From positions 2,754,485 to 2,818,484 of the forward strand of contig MU053431.1 in assembly GCA_013239625.1 (NCBI GenBank): a stretch of DNA of 64,000 nucleotides, in the 5' to 3' direction. Each line of letters begins with the position of its first letter. Positions within the stretch are counted from its first letter, which is position 1. The position numbers and the translations under genes were made by a program. Under the pieces are notes generated by a model, which worked only from the letters and a program-made list of their open reading frames with translations, was not told where the DNA came from and did no database searches. Shown here one piece after another: positions 1-13,390 of this stretch. The DNA comes from Lama guanicoe. Taxonomy: Eukaryota.

Positions 1-1065
1 AGGGCTGGGGCGCAGGCAGGTTTCCATGGCCTGTGTCCCCACAGCTACCACGGAGCAGGGGTGAAACCCTAAGGAGGGCTCCCCAAGGGAGGGATGCTGA
101 GGGGTGCAAAGCAGCAAGCGGATCACCAGCCCAGAACGTCCATTAGAAAGAGGGCACCACCCACAGAACTAAAGGAGGGGACCACCCGCAGAGCTACGAG
201 CTACTTCACTGTCACTTCAAAACCCAGCAACCTCCCTTCTGACCTTGTGTGTCTGTCCCTGGGGTTGAGGGCCTCCTGGTGGTCAGGGGCTGCTTCCCGG
301 CCCCTCCCTGCCGCCACCAAGGGCTCCCGAGGGATCTTGGCGATGCCTAATGCCCTCTCCCTGTGCTGGCTCTTCCCATTACAAATTCTCCACTCCCTGA
401 TGGAGCAATTTCCAACATAATGGCCCCACGCTGCAAGATAAATGTGAAAAACCACCAAAGAGAGGCCTGGGGATGAGATACTTCTTCGGAGCGCCATCTG
501 CAGAAGGCAGTCTGGCTGCCGGCAGGGCCTCCGTTCAGGTCTAGGGGAAAGACCTGGAAGACACTGACAGGCACTGGTCCTGAGCAGAGCAGACCAGAGG
601 CCTGCATGGCTCCCAGCCCAGTGGGAGAGGCACAGAGAGGCACGCATGTGCAGGGGCCACACCCCAGGGGAGGTGCAGGGCTGCAGGTCTCTGGAGGAAG
701 GGTGCTTGGGTGGAGACGAGGTGCAGCCTGTCCCACAATGAGGGCAATCTGAGAGCGCCCCTGCTGTGCCCAGCAGCTGCAAAGGCCCTTAGGAGTGGAG
801 ACCCAAGAGACCCTGGTCTGGGGGAAGCATGCGGCCCACCTCGAGGAAGGCCTCCTGGTCTGAGGAGGGGGATCTAGGACACATGATGAGCCCTGGGTTG
901 AGTGGGAGGTGGACACCAATGGATCTTGGCCTGAGTCTGGGTGCCCACCCACTAGATGGCAGCTGATGGGGATTGGTCCACACGTGGCCCTCTTCTGGGT
1001 GCCGAGTGAGACCTGTAGCTTTTGTGCTTTCTCCAGCCTCACTCTCTGTCATGGGGGCAGGAATG

Positions 1066-1323
1066 GTGTGCACACACAGACACACACATATGCAAACACC
1101 AGTGTGCATGTGCACACAGACCCACATAACAGGCGCACACACGTGCGTACACACTGCACAAGATGTGCATGCAGATGTGCACACGTGGACTCAGACGTGC
1201 ACACAAACATGCTCACACGTGTACACGTGAATGCACACGTACCCACTACAAGACGTAACCACAGATGTGCACACAGATGTACACACACGAGTACACGTAG
1301 ATGTGCACACACGCACAAGCACA
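1066..1323. repeat. Degenerate (CA/TG)n purine-pyrimidine low-complexity tract
   Basis: Repeated cacaca/gtgcac/cacgtg/agatgtgcac units; generates spurious His/Thr/Cys ORFs. Confidence 0.85.
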
Positions 1324-4300
1324 GCTCTGCCTCTGCTGCCAGCTGTCACCTCTCCCCGCTGGCCGTGTGTCCTCCATTCAGGACAGTGGAGCTAAGGGAC
1401 AAATGGGGCCTGGAGGCAGAAGGCCTGGAGCTGGTGCCCTTTACGGGCCTTCGCTTCCCAGTCTGTGGCTTGGGGATGCTGGGGCGTCATCCTCAGGCTG
1501 TTGGAGGGAGTTAGTGCACCAAGGCGAGGGGCTGGTGCCTGGTGCTGGGTTACGGTTCAGAGGGTCCAAGCGAGCTGAGAACTTTCACCTCTGAACCCTG
1601 GCTTGAGGACAAAGTCTGATGACCCTTGAAGGTCTGGATGGGGCTATGGGCTCCACTGTGCTTGGCTGGGCTCTGAGAGCCCCTGAGACGGCTGATCCTC
1701 TGCACCCTCATAGGGTGATTTGCTGAGGCCACCAAGGGCGTGGGCCAGCAGTCGGTGCTGGAGGGTCCCCAGCTCGGGGACGCCGCACGGCCCTCCCGCG
1801 GCTGACAGGTACTGGTGTTTCCCCACCCCGTCCAGCCCTGGCCTGGCCCGGCGTCGCTGCTCTGTGCCCCAGGGGCTCGGGCCAGGGTTTACTCTGTGGG
1901 GGCTCTGGGAGGGACACCCAGAGCCCCGTTTCTGTTTCCAACTACAGGAACTTGCCTGCTGAGAGGTTGGTGCCCCGGAGCGTGGGGGTCTGCAGACCTC
2001 AGGGCGCTTGAGGACAGCTGTGAGAGAGCCCCCGGTCTCGGGCTGTAGAGGTTCCTGAGTCTGGGCGTGGCTTCCTCATCCCCCCTCTAGGCTGCATGAA
2101 GGGCACAGAGACCAGAGGGCTCACAGCGGGTTCAAGGCCAGCTCCCCCAGAGGAGCCCTGTGTCCCTTCCTCTTCTTGTCTTGAGAGCTGTTCATTCAGG
2201 AAACACACAGGGTGCCCGATCCTGCGAGGGATGCCTTCCCCAGGAGGTGCTGGAGGACGTGGACCCTGCTTTGTGGAGGGGTGCCAAGGGAACAACTGGG
2301 CTGACACCCACATCTAGGTCACCAGGACTGGGGTGCCCGAGCTGGTGTTGGGGGGCCCCTTGGAGGAGGGGACACCTAGGCGGCTGGCTGTGTGGCGAGG
2401 AGTGTGTCAGCACAGGACTGCGGCCAGAGAGCACAAGTGGAGGGAGGGCCACAGAGCCACAGCAGGATGTCAGGTCCAGACACCGGAGGAGTGTGGGTTA
2501 GGGGCTCCGTGGGCAGCTGCCAAAGGGCCAGAGAAAGCCAGACTGAGCTGCCGCAAGAGAACTCAGAGGACCAGTTGGGCCATTCAGTGTTTGTTCGTTC
2601 ACTGGACAGTCATTTCATGAGTGCCCCAGAGGTGCTGGGCGCTGTCCTTCTGTGGGGCTTGTGTCTCAGTGGGTGAAAGCCAGCCAGGTTCAAGGGTGGG
2701 AGGTGTGGCATGGCCAGCTGGGGTGTCTGAGGTGCTCAGGTTGGTCAGAACCAGTGTCGCTGGATGTGTAGGGAGGAGGCTAGTGTGGCTGCTGGGGTAG
2801 GCCGAGTGCAGCGGGCATGAGCCGCACTGCCCCCACCCCAGCCCGCCGCCATGACTGGCCTGGGCTGAGGATGAGTCCAGAATGGGCCTTGGAGCTGAGC
2901 CAAGAAGGGGATGTGGCAGCCCCTTCCCTGCACGAGGTGTGGGTCTGAGCTTGGATCCTGCACTGCCCCAGCCTGCTTCTCTTCCGCGGGATGCGGCTTG
3001 GCTGCCAGGAGCTTCCCACCCATCATCATCCTTCCAGGAGAAGGTGGAGCTGGAGGTGGCAGCAACCACCTAGGGGCATCAGCCACAGGTAAGCCTCTGC
3101 TGCTGATTTTCCATTCACGTCCCCATGGCACTGGAGGACCCTTCAAACAGGATGGCGTGTTCATTCACACGAAGGGTGCGGCATTGCTGGGACAGCACAG
3201 GCTGCGTTGTTTCCTTGGAGTCTCACGTGGTGTCTGGGGTCTTCCTTGGTTTAGAAACAAGTGGCAGGACAGTCCCCATGTTTCTGGGGACCCCGTGGAG
3301 TCAGGCTGGGGGGCGGGAGCCTGGGACAGGCGGCAAGGACGCAGGACAGGGTTGTGGGCTCCTTCTCTGCCTTGCATGTGCAGCTGAGCCTCAGCCACCT
3401 TGCACCGGACCCCAGGGCTTTGTGGGGTCTCAGGACTCCATGTGCCTGTCCGGCACCCACCTCCCAAGCTCTGTGTGTACACAGTGCGCACGTGAGTGTC
3501 TGTCCCATGTTCTTGTTCTGCTACACTGGGGGTGGTTTCCGAGCTTCCAGCAGGTCTGTCTTGGCTGACGCAGGACTGTGCGCCTCTCCTCCCACAATCC
3601 TGCGTATCCTTTCTTGGGTGGGGGCCTTTGGCCACCCCATGCAGGTGGCTGTTCCCCCAAGGTCACCGGGGCTTCCCAGAAGCCGCCCTCTCCCCCTGCC
3701 CTCCCCTCCAACACCCTGTGCTTGGCTGGTCCCACCACCAGCCCCCACCCCACCTGCTCTCTCTGTGAGATTTGCATACAGGTGCCCCTGCTGGTAGCAG
3801 CTGAAGGGCTGGGGGTGGAGCCAGGGCCCATGCTGGGAGGGCGGCAGCACGGGAGCACAGGTGCTGGGACAATGGCCACTTGGAAAGTGGATTTTAGTTC
3901 CTTGCCACCTCCTGAGAGCTGCAGCCTGGCTCCCGTGCCCTGGGGGGAGGTGGGCTCTGGTGTTTGGGGCCCCGGGGAGCCTTTGTGCCACCAGGTCTCT
4001 CTGGAGCCTTGTCGCGTCAGCCACTGTCCAAGCCTCCATTCCTGGTCTGTAGCTTTGTGGGGGACGGGGGTGCCTGCAAGGGTTGTGTAAGCTGAGGCCC
4101 TGTGACCGCTGCAGCTGGATGGGGTTGGGGGTGTCCCTTCAGGTGCAGGAGGACTCTCAGCCCAGGCTGCACGTTCACAGAGCCCTCCCATGAAGCCTTC
4201 TGGGCTCCCTCCCAGTGGGGCAGTGCCCAGCCAGCAGGACAGTGAGCCTGGCAGGTCTGTTGACAGACTGAGATGTCGCTGTGTGCCTGAAATGTTTATT

Positions 4301-7300
4301 AACCCAGCAATTATCCAGTGAACATGCCAACCATGGAAGGGTTGAATTTTAAATGCAAGTGTTGGACACGCACCCTGATTTTTGTAACACAGCTTCAGCA
4401 TTCTTTGTTTCCTAACAGCCTGAAGGCCTCATGGTTGGGAGGTGTCCCACCCACCTGATTACCACCTTGGTGAAGGTCGGGGATGGTCCTGGGCTCACAG
4501 CACCTCCCCTCCCAGCCAGCTCTGGGCCCTTTTCCAGCAGCCTCCTCCACACCCCCTGCCCTGCCTGTGCTCCTGGGGCTGGGGGGGCCAGGGTCTGTTG
4601 GCCTGCCCCTCTTTCCTTCCAGACTCAGGGATGTCTAGCTTGTAGGGCTGGGGTCGATGTTGTCCCACAGGCCTCTGGCTGGACACTGGGTTGCCTTGCC
4701 TGGATGTGTCTAGGACTCTGGAGGTGTGTGTGGTGTGGTGGGGATCAGGTAGGTAGGGGGACATGGGCTCTGGGCTCCACGGCATTGTGGATAGTCACAC
4801 TGGTGGCCCCTAGTGAGCCCTGTCCCCCGTGTCTGAGACTGGAGGTAGCCCTTCCCACATGTACTGATCTGCACCAGCAAACCTGATGTATCCACCTGCT
4901 CATTCGCCTGCCTCCTCTGTGCACAACCCTCCATCCACCCACCCACCCAGCCATCCATCCCCTACTTCCCCACCCACACATTCATGCACTCGAGGATGGC
5001 AGAGCTGGGGTGTGGGGAGGTCAGGGCTGTTAATGGACTCATTGCAGCTTCATCCAGTAGGTTCAAGGCTCTGCTTCTGGGTGTAGTGGGGACTGGAGGT
5101 CTGCACAGGGTCTGGAAGGTTCCAAGCCACTCTAGCCTGCGAAGGCTTGAACTGGGACAGGGCCCAGGGAAGGTGTGGCCTGGGCCCTGGGCAGTGCTGC
5201 GAGGCCTAGCCTGGCTCAGGCCCACTGGCGGGCTGGGCGGTCCTGGGCTAACCAGGCCTACGCCCTGTAGGCCCTGCAGTCAGTGTCCCTCGTGGCTGTC
5301 CCGGTGGGTGTGTCCTCCAGATACCTGCCCGGAACCCCTCAGCCATCGCCGCTGCCTCCCGTCCTTCTGCTTCGCTCACGTTCCCTTCGGGTGCCTCCTG
5401 CTCACTCCAGGGCTGGGACGAGGGTAAGGCCTCAACACCCCCTGTGCCCGCCCCCAGTCCCGTTCTCCCTTGGAAGCCCAGGGTGGGGCCCGTCCTCACC
5501 CAGAGGCTTTCACCAGTGAGGCCTCCCCTGTGGGGCGCAAGGCCCAGATCCAGGGTTTGGCTCCAGTCCCGGCCTTGCCCTGGGAACTGCGGGCCCTTGC
5601 CCTCTTCAGCCTTGTCTGCAAGGTGGGACCCGTGCTGTTGGCCCTGCAGGACCCCCACGTAGGGGCTGGACCCGTCTTGCCGCACCCTCATGGGGTTGGT
5701 GTGTTGGGGGAGGGACAGGAGAGCTGGCACCAGGGCCTGTCTTGATGCTGGCTCCGTCCAGGGCTCCGGCTGCCCTTTCTCCTTCTGGGCTTCAGGTTCC
5801 CCGCTGCTGAGAGGGCCCCAGGGCTCTCCTTGACTCCCCCAGGAAGCCGTCCTGTTACATGGGAGTGTGGTGCAGGCTCCAGTGCTGGGTACGGCTGGAA
5901 CCACCCCCGATCAGTGTGTCCTGGGCTGTGGCCTGGGGTCTCAGGACTGAGTCTTGGGGGAGTGTTGTCTTTGAGCCTCAGCACGTGGCCAGCCAGTGCC
6001 CACCTGCTCCACCAAGCTCCGTTCTCGCTGCGGCGGGGGCTGGACGTTCAGGCAGGGGTGTTTCCCTCTGGGGTCCTGCTGGGGCCTCCCCTCCCCAGAG
6101 CCTTGTTGGCGCTTGTGGCCATGCTCTCATGGCTGCTGTGAGCAGAGGCCGGCAGCCTGGCCTCCCATGGCAACCGCCGAGCCTCACTCCCAGTCCAGGC
6201 GCCTGGGCTGCTTTATCTCCCAGGCCATCTGTTCGGGAGCAGAATTCCAGAGCCGTGTGAACGGAGCCTGGAGCCTCTGCCCTCCTCCTCCTGTGCACAC
6301 ACACACGTACATGCAGGTGAGCGCGACCCCTGCCGGCACGAGGCCTAGAAAAAGGACGAGACCAGAGGGGGCTCCAGTCCAGCCCTCACTTTCTCCTGGG
6401 GCCTGCGGGCCCACCTGCCTCCCTACCTGCCTCCCTCCCCTCTCTGGGCCCCTCCCTCTCTGGCCCCTCCCCTCTGGCTCCTCCCTTTGGGCTGGAAGCC
6501 CTCTGACACCAGCCTGGGATTAGGGGGGATGTGAGGCCTCTAGGAGTCAGACCTTGATGCTGTGCAAGGCTCTTCTCTTCTCTTGGATGTGCTCCCTCCA
6601 CCCCGGCTGCTCCTGGCACCAAGCTGTTCCTAAACCCGCTGAGAGATGCCCGCAGACCCAGGACCACTGGGCTCAAGCCTCCACCTAGAGGCCCGAGGGC
6701 CCCACAACGTGGGCCCAGGGAGTGGCTGCCATCCCCCACGGCCCTGCGCTCAGAACCCAGCAGGCAGCCGCTCTGTGTGACCCCTTGCCCCAGCGGTCCT
6801 GCAGGACAACTCCTTCCAAGGTGCTACCTGCTTCTGGAGCCCTCTCTGGCCTGAGGAAGGCCGGGGGAGGGGAGGGGGATGTGTTGGGCTCTGCGGGCTC
6901 CTGGTGGGGCAGGGTTGGCAGGGGAGCCAGAGGTCAGACCTGAGGGGCTTCTGGGTGCACTGGTGGAGGCTCTACTAAAGCACCACCGGAAGCTGCTGTC
7001 AGCCTGACCTGCCGACGGGCACGAGGCTGAAATGCCCCCCAGCCCGAGTGCCCCGTGGTCCTGGGAGCCCACAACCGGCCCCTGGGGCAGACTCTGCTCC
7101 GGTGTTACCTCAGTCTACTGCGGCGCTGAGGGCTGGGGCCTGTCTGAGTCTCAGCTGGGAACACAGCTGTGGCAGGTGTGTCCGGAGGGCTTTCCTCAGG
7201 GCAGTGCTCAGCACTGATCTGGCTCTGGTCAAGGAGAGGGAGGTGCCACAGCCACACAGGACCGCTGCCCTCAGCAGCCAGAGCTAGTCCTGCGGCTGGG

Positions 7301-9073
7301 GCCTCCCAGGGCCGCTGGGCCGAAGGGAGTGCTCACCTCCAAGGGCTCACAGGTCACCTGGGGTCTTGAGGAAATATGGAGTCTGACTCAGCCATCCATG
7401 CTCTGGTCCCATCTCAGTCCCACTGTCCCTGAGCACACTTTGAGTCGGGGTGGAGGGGGCAGAAGAGCCCCCGGGCCTTCAGAAAGTGCACTGACTTTGT
7501 CTTACCTGGCTCTGAACTTGCTTTGTGCTTTTGTCGTGTGATGGGTTGTGAGGCCACTTGGTTTTAATAAGGGGAGCAGCACAAGCATTCCTGGACTGCC
7601 CGCGTTGTTACTTTCAGTAATCAGTCTCAACTGACTCTATCCAGAGAATGCCTGTCCCCAAGGGCAGGGCGCCTGGTGGAGTCAGAACTGCTCACGCAGG
7701 AGCCTGGAGTCTGCTGTGCCAGGGGGGAGACTCTTGGGCTTCCTGGAGGTCCAAGGTTGGGAGGCCTGGGGTGTGAGGTGATGGGCTCAGCAAGGACTCT
7801 GGACCAGCCAACTGGGGTGGCCCCATCTGGGGACCCACAAGAAGGTGTCCCTGGCACCTCACTCTGCACAGCAGAAAACTGAGTTGCAGAAGGGTTGGAT
7901 AACTCGATCTAGGTAACTTCTCTGGTAAGTGTATCTGTCACTGCATTGGAGGGACAGTGACAGAAGTGGAGGGGACCTTCCAGTCAACTGTAGAATCCCT
8001 TCCCTGTGTGCCCGTGGTCCACCATCTGCCCCTGATATTCCCCATCCGCCCCCTCTGCTTTTTTCCCCTCTCTGCCCCTGTCCTCTCCCCCGTCCTCCCC
8101 CCCTACTCACCAGCCTCTCAGCACATTTCCTCCACACCTTGATGTCCTCTAAGCAGGTGACTCACAATTTCTAGTCTGACCTTGGCCCTGAGCACCATGT
8201 CAGGGGACAACAGGCTGTCAATTCCCACAAACCTGCTCTCAGGCCAAACTCTGGAGTCCCGTGTGTCCCTTTCGGGGACTCTCAGCAGCCTGGCCCTTCC
8301 CCCAGCCTCTATCCTAACCTGGCCTTCCGCCTTGGAGCACCCGCTTGTCCATTTCCTGCCCAGCTGTCCTCCCTGGAGGCCTCCCTGCAGGCATGGAAAC
8401 ATTTGACCATTTGTTGGTGGTCACAGGGATGTGAGGGGATGGGGGACAGCCCGGGTTCCGTCCAGATTTCTTGCCTCCTGGCTCCGGGACAGTGAAGCCT
8501 GATTCCCCCAGCACCCATCCCTCCAGCTTGCAAGGCAAGCTGGGGGTGTTGTGACTCCCTCTGGCCTGAGTGCATGGTACGCACCACCGTCAGGCTTCAT
8601 TTAAGGATGGGTCTGTGAGGACAGGACCTGGCATTTCCTTTTCTTCCCCCCATGATTCCAGGGACCAGATTTGAGACCTTCTGCTCTAGAGGAATGGGGG
8701 TGGGGTGCTTGGTCCTCCTCTGCCCCTAACCACCTCCCTGGCCTGAGGGAGCCCCACCCAGCCCTATCTCCCAGGCCTCCCAAAGAACCAGTGAGTTTAG
8801 AATTTCTGCTTTAATCTTAGCTGCCACAGGCTGCACCAGCCTCACTTGCTGGGGGGCAGACACCTGCACACAGTCAGCTGAGGATGGGATGGAGACCTCC
8901 TGGGAGGTGACACCTGAGTTGCCTTAGGGGTGAGTGGAGGCTTCCTCCCAGCATCAGGAGAAGCCAGCAGTGTCCAGCCAGGTCTGGTTTATTTCTCCAA
9001 AGGCCCTGTTGGGCACCACAGGTTCCTGGACATGGAGTGGGGTGGGAGGGCTCACCCGGAATGGCCTAACCCA

Positions 9074-9074
<1 letters not shown>

Positions 9075-9112
<38 letters not shown>
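9075..9112. repeat. (CA)19 microsatellite
   Basis: Perfect dinucleotide run. Confidence 0.95.
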
Positions 9113-9119
<7 letters not shown>

Positions 9120-10282
9120 GCGCGCCGCCACCTCCCATGCCCCTTCCTGACCCTCTGTCCCTAAGGGAGCTGGTCCTCTCCTCACCTTCCTTGGCCCATC
9201 CCCCAAAGCTCCACACTTGAGTGGGGATTACCACAAGGGCCTGCCTCCTTGGCAGCCAGTGTTTGTGTTGGGAGGAGGGGCTCCAAAGGCCTAATCCCAC
9301 CCCAGTCGTCCTGACTGGCCTGACCAGGTTTTTGGCCTACTTGGTCTAGAGTGACGCGGGGAGAGAGGGGAAGTGGGAGGAAGAAGGGGAGAGGGAAGTC
9401 GGGGAGGAGGGGGGGTGCGGAGGGGAAGGCTCTCTGGGGAGCAAAAGGCCCCTCCCCTCCCTCACTTGTTCGCCTATTAGTGAGAAGGGGCTGTGTCTTT
9501 GCTTCCCCCCCACCTGCAGGCGGGGCTCATTGTCTGGGGCCTGGGGCCCCTTTGTGTGGGGAGGGAGCCTCATTGGCAGGGCATCAATTTGTGTTTATCT
9601 GCTCCCTGGCCCTGATTGGCTGGATGAGAAGGGAGCTTTTCAGGGCCCTGGGACACAGAAGTTCGTGAAGCAACTTTCTGCACCATGAAGTGACCGTGTA
9701 TACAAGCTTTGGAGTGGAGGTGTGCCCGCCAGCCAGGATGATGCTCTGCGGGACCTTCCTGGGTGCGTACCTCTCTGCTCCCTGCTTCAGCACCCCTCCC
9801 CGGGCCTGTTCACGGGTTTCTGCCAAGACGCCAAAGGGGCTAATTAGCTGTGTGTCCCTACCGCCCTCAGTGCTCTTTTCTGGGCAGCGGAGGAGGTGAC
9901 AGACACATGCTCTCTTTAGAGCAAGGCCGGGGCCCTCAGAAACTGGCCTGCTAATCTCCCCTTCCAGACGCTCAAGCCGGTTGCAGAACCCTGTGGAGGC
10001 TGTCCTGTCTGTGGGCCCGCCTCCCAAGACGAGGTGGGGAGGGCGTCTTGAAGGGGTGTTGTGTGACCGGCATGCCCACCTGGGACTTACTGCAGTAAGA
10101 GGCTTTGCTGGGGCCACTGCTCCTTGGGTTTCCATCACATGCAAAGTTGCTCTGTATGTGTGAGAAACATTCAGTGTAATACTGTCCCAATCATATGTGT
10201 GTTTGTGTGTGTAAGTGTTCACACAGTGCCAAAGTGTCGGTGTGTTTGATGTTTTAGCATGAAATAGTCTCTCGATACGGGG

Positions 10283-10284
<2 letters not shown>

Positions 10285-10321
<37 letters not shown>
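10285..10321. repeat. (GT)18 microsatellite
   Basis: Perfect dinucleotide run. Confidence 0.95.
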
Positions 10322-10322
<1 letters not shown>

Positions 10323-10509
10323 CAGGCACACGGAGTCAGTCCAGGGTGCTGGTGAGAGTGGCTCTCGGTTTTGTTTGCTCCATCTGCCAGAGCCTGCCTG
10401 GGGCAGCGCCCCCCCTCGCCCTCAGCTGTTCGTATACAATATTAATGCTGACCATTGCGGCTCCACACACAACGGCCCTAATTGTCGTCTGCAGCTTTAA
10501 GGCGGGCGC

Positions 10510-10720
10510 NNNNNNNNNNNNNNNNNNNNNNNNNNNNNNNNNNNNNNNNNNNNNNNNNNNNNNNNNNNNNNNNNNNNNNNNNNNNNNNNNNNNNNNNNNN
10601 NNNNNNNNNNNNNNNNNNNNNNNNNNNNNNNNNNNNNNNNNNNNNNNNNNNNNNNNNNNNNNNNNNNNNNNNNNNNNNNNNNNNNNNNNNNNNNNNNNNN
10701 NNNNNNNNNNNNNNNNNNNN
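10510..10720. other. Assembly gap (211 N)
   Basis: N run. Confidence 1.
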
Positions 10721-11131
10721 GCCCGCCTCCCCAGCTCCCACAAACCTTCCTTAGCAAGTGCTGCAGCTTCCAGTCTGGTTTTGCAAATCTCCCCGTTTCT
10801 CCCGTGTGGCATTTGAGGACCCCCCAGTTAGCAGTTGCTTCCCTATGGATCTTCCCACACTTAAGTCACAGGCAACTTCCCCACAGATTCATTAAATGAA
10901 ATAAACTTAAAGGAACTCTATGCTTAGTTATGGAAAAGGAAGTATTTTATGATTTTTAAGAAACCCTGACTTTCCCCCTGCGTAGGAAAGAAAGTTTTCA
11001 GTGACAGCTTGCTGCTGTCACTTACCAGAAAGGCTGGGAGCCTTGGTTTCGAGCCGGCTCTCCCCGCCAGGTTCAGTGACTGCCGAGAGCCTGCCATGAC
11101 TGCAGAGAACAAAGGCCTCGGCGAACGAGGG

Positions 11132-11152
11132 AGCGCTGTCCAGCGTGCTGAT
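11132..11152 (-). promoter_or_regulatory. Canonical RE1/NRSE (REST site)
   Basis: Reverse complement ATCAGCACGCTGGACAGCGCT vs consensus nTCAGCACCnnGGACAGCnCC: two mismatches, 2-bp spacer. Confidence 0.7.
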
Positions 11153-13039
11153 CCGACCCCACCACTCTGGCTGAAGGAAGCCGGCAGACCCTGGAAACTT
11201 GCCGGCTGAGTGCCTTCCCTGCTCCCTTCCTGTGGCTCCTCCTTTGTTCTCTTGACGGCGTTGGAGAAAGATTTTGAACCTTTACTCATCGAAACCTGTC
11301 TTCTGAACAGGCTCTTTCAACTGTGACCCCCTAGTAGGGGCTCCCAGGGCTTCTCTCCAGGCGCTTGAAACAGGCACCCACTTGAAGTTCTGAGCATGTG
11401 AATGCTCCCTGGTTAGCCTCAGGTGGAGTCCAGAGGCCCCATCCCAGACCACTGGGCTACAAGCCTACGGAAACCTGCTGACTGGTGGTGGTGGGGGTTT
11501 GGTGTGGCAAGCACCACAAATGTAACTGTAACGTTACCTGAAAAAAACAGCTGTCATCCCGGTCTTTTTGTTGCGTGCACTGACGTTACCTCTGCTCGCT
11601 GTTGTTTCCTGGGTTTGAGTGTCACACATCTGAATTAACTACTTTGAAACACTGGGTATTGTTGGAGAATATGGCTGATTCAGCACCGGCCCTCCCTGTG
11701 ATTCTATCTTCATCTGGAACAATGGTGCTGTCTGCGCCTGCAGCCTGCCGATAAGAGTTTAATAGAGTTTCTGAATGCCAAAGGTTTGGGATGTAAAATA
11801 TCCCAGCACTTGCAGCGTGTCCAGAGGAGACAGAAAATGGCTTTCAGGAAAGCTCTTAACTGAACACTCTCCCTGTGCTGGTGGGTGTAGGCTTAGGGGA
11901 GAGTGAGGACAATGTTCCGCAGCCATCGCGTGGCCCAAGCTGCTCTCATCTGGCTGATTAATCTTGCATCCTCAGTTTGACCAGTGAGGGCTTGCCTTTA
12001 TTTCCTTTTGCTCAAGCTGAGAGATCGCTCCGAGTATAGTTTGTATTTCACTTGTGGATAATAGCGTGTATGTATAAAGACTGAACATCTCTCCTTTTAG
12101 GACGAAGCTCGTTGGCTCACTTGTAATGTGGGCAGCAGCTCTGGAAGTTAGAAACAGTTGGTTGTGGAAGAGTTTAGCTGATCTTCAAAACTTGCTCTCT
12201 TAAAGAAAGCTAAATGTTTCAGTTCTGTCTCGTGTGCTTGTGGTGGCCTGAGCCCTTTAGCTTTAATTAACTTGGCGGTGCTGTGTTCATGCATAACTTA
12301 CCAAGGAGTGATACTTACTGTCTGCTGCAATCTCTGCTCTGAATTCTGGGCCAGGAGTCATGCTGGCCCGTGACAGTCCATTCTTTGCAGGTGTTTGAAA
12401 TTCAGCTTGTGTCATGTTTCATAGAACAGCTTCTGACAACCTGAGTACGGTAATGGACAAGTGTTTGCCTGCTTTATCAGTAAGAAGAAGGAATTTGAAC
12501 AGTAAGCCAGAATACCCTGGCTCCTGGGTGTGCCTACTGAGGACATTTCTGCATTTGTCCCTGAATGTAGAAAAAAATCACAAGCCAACGCCAAAGAAAG
12601 CAGACAGCGGGCTGCGTGGAGAGTGGGTGGGCACTGCTATTGTGTGTTACAGACTTTCGCCTCTTGACTTTCACTGGCTAGCTCCTCACAGGCAGTTTGA
12701 AAAAGACTCAGAAAGACAGGGAGCTGAGTGGTGTGCATCCCTCTGGCTGGGATAAGCGTAGTGGTTTCCAGGTGTAGGATCTTGTGGCTTCAGGAGGGCT
12801 CAAGCCCTCTTTGAGAGGGTTTTATTATTTTAAGACTTGAAACAAAAAGGAAACATGTGATAAAAGAAAGTATCTTGCAGAGTATCTTCTCCTGATCTAT
12901 TATTTGTGTGTGTGACTTCTATTTATTTGTTTCTTGGTCTGTGGCCATAGGTACCTTTTACACACTTAAAAAACACGTACGTACATACTTACCCATTTAA
13001 GTCACTGATACTTGAATATGCAGACGAGCCACTGTGTGA

Positions 13040-13390
13040 CCCTCCTGGCTCATCTGAGTAATAAATTCTGCAATCCGTTTTTTATGACGGTAGGTCGTAT
13101 TCCCAACCACCAATAAATATTGTGAAGTACTTTCGCTGCAGCCGTGCTAACCCAGGGCATCTGTCATTCCGGTCGCTGCTATTAGGAATTATTGGACTGA
13201 ACCACTGGTGGAGAAAGCAGAGGGGGGGTGAGCTTGGTGGTTGTGACGCTCTCTGCCCTTCTGTGTGTTTTGCAGTAAAAAAACCAAACCGTGCTGCATA
13301 TTAATTATGAATCCGTGTGGGCAAATGCAGGCACCTTCTGTTGGCTGAGGCTTGGAGCAGGAGACAGAGGCTGGGCTGGCCTGGGCACCT
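13040..13390 (+). promoter_or_regulatory. Candidate MYT1 proximal promoter
   Basis: CATCTG E-boxes (13051, 13158), CCAAT (13110) and ATTGG (13191), POU/homeo-like TGCATATTAATTATGAAT (13295-13312), directly upstream of the gap and the exon 1 donor. Confidence 0.5.

Noticed and set aside
909-1514. 201-aa His/Thr/Cys-rich ORF and overlapping ORFs
   Set aside because: Translation of a degenerate CA/TG repeat; no gene structure
3430-4401. 323-aa minus-strand ORF
   Set aside because: No recognisable domain; long ORFs are expected in stop-poor GC-rich DNA
8189-8211. Another long-spacer RE1-like motif (TGAGCACC-n8-GGACAAC)
   Set aside because: Both half-sites have core mismatches
10289-10816. ORFs spanning N runs (also near 13.2-13.8, 20.7-21.5 and 41.9-42.9 kb)
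   Set aside because: Artefacts of unknown bases containing no stop codons
10991-10998. AAAGTT motifs as MYT1 autoregulatory sites
   Set aside because: A 6-mer scattered at about chance frequency; I saw no paired arrangement
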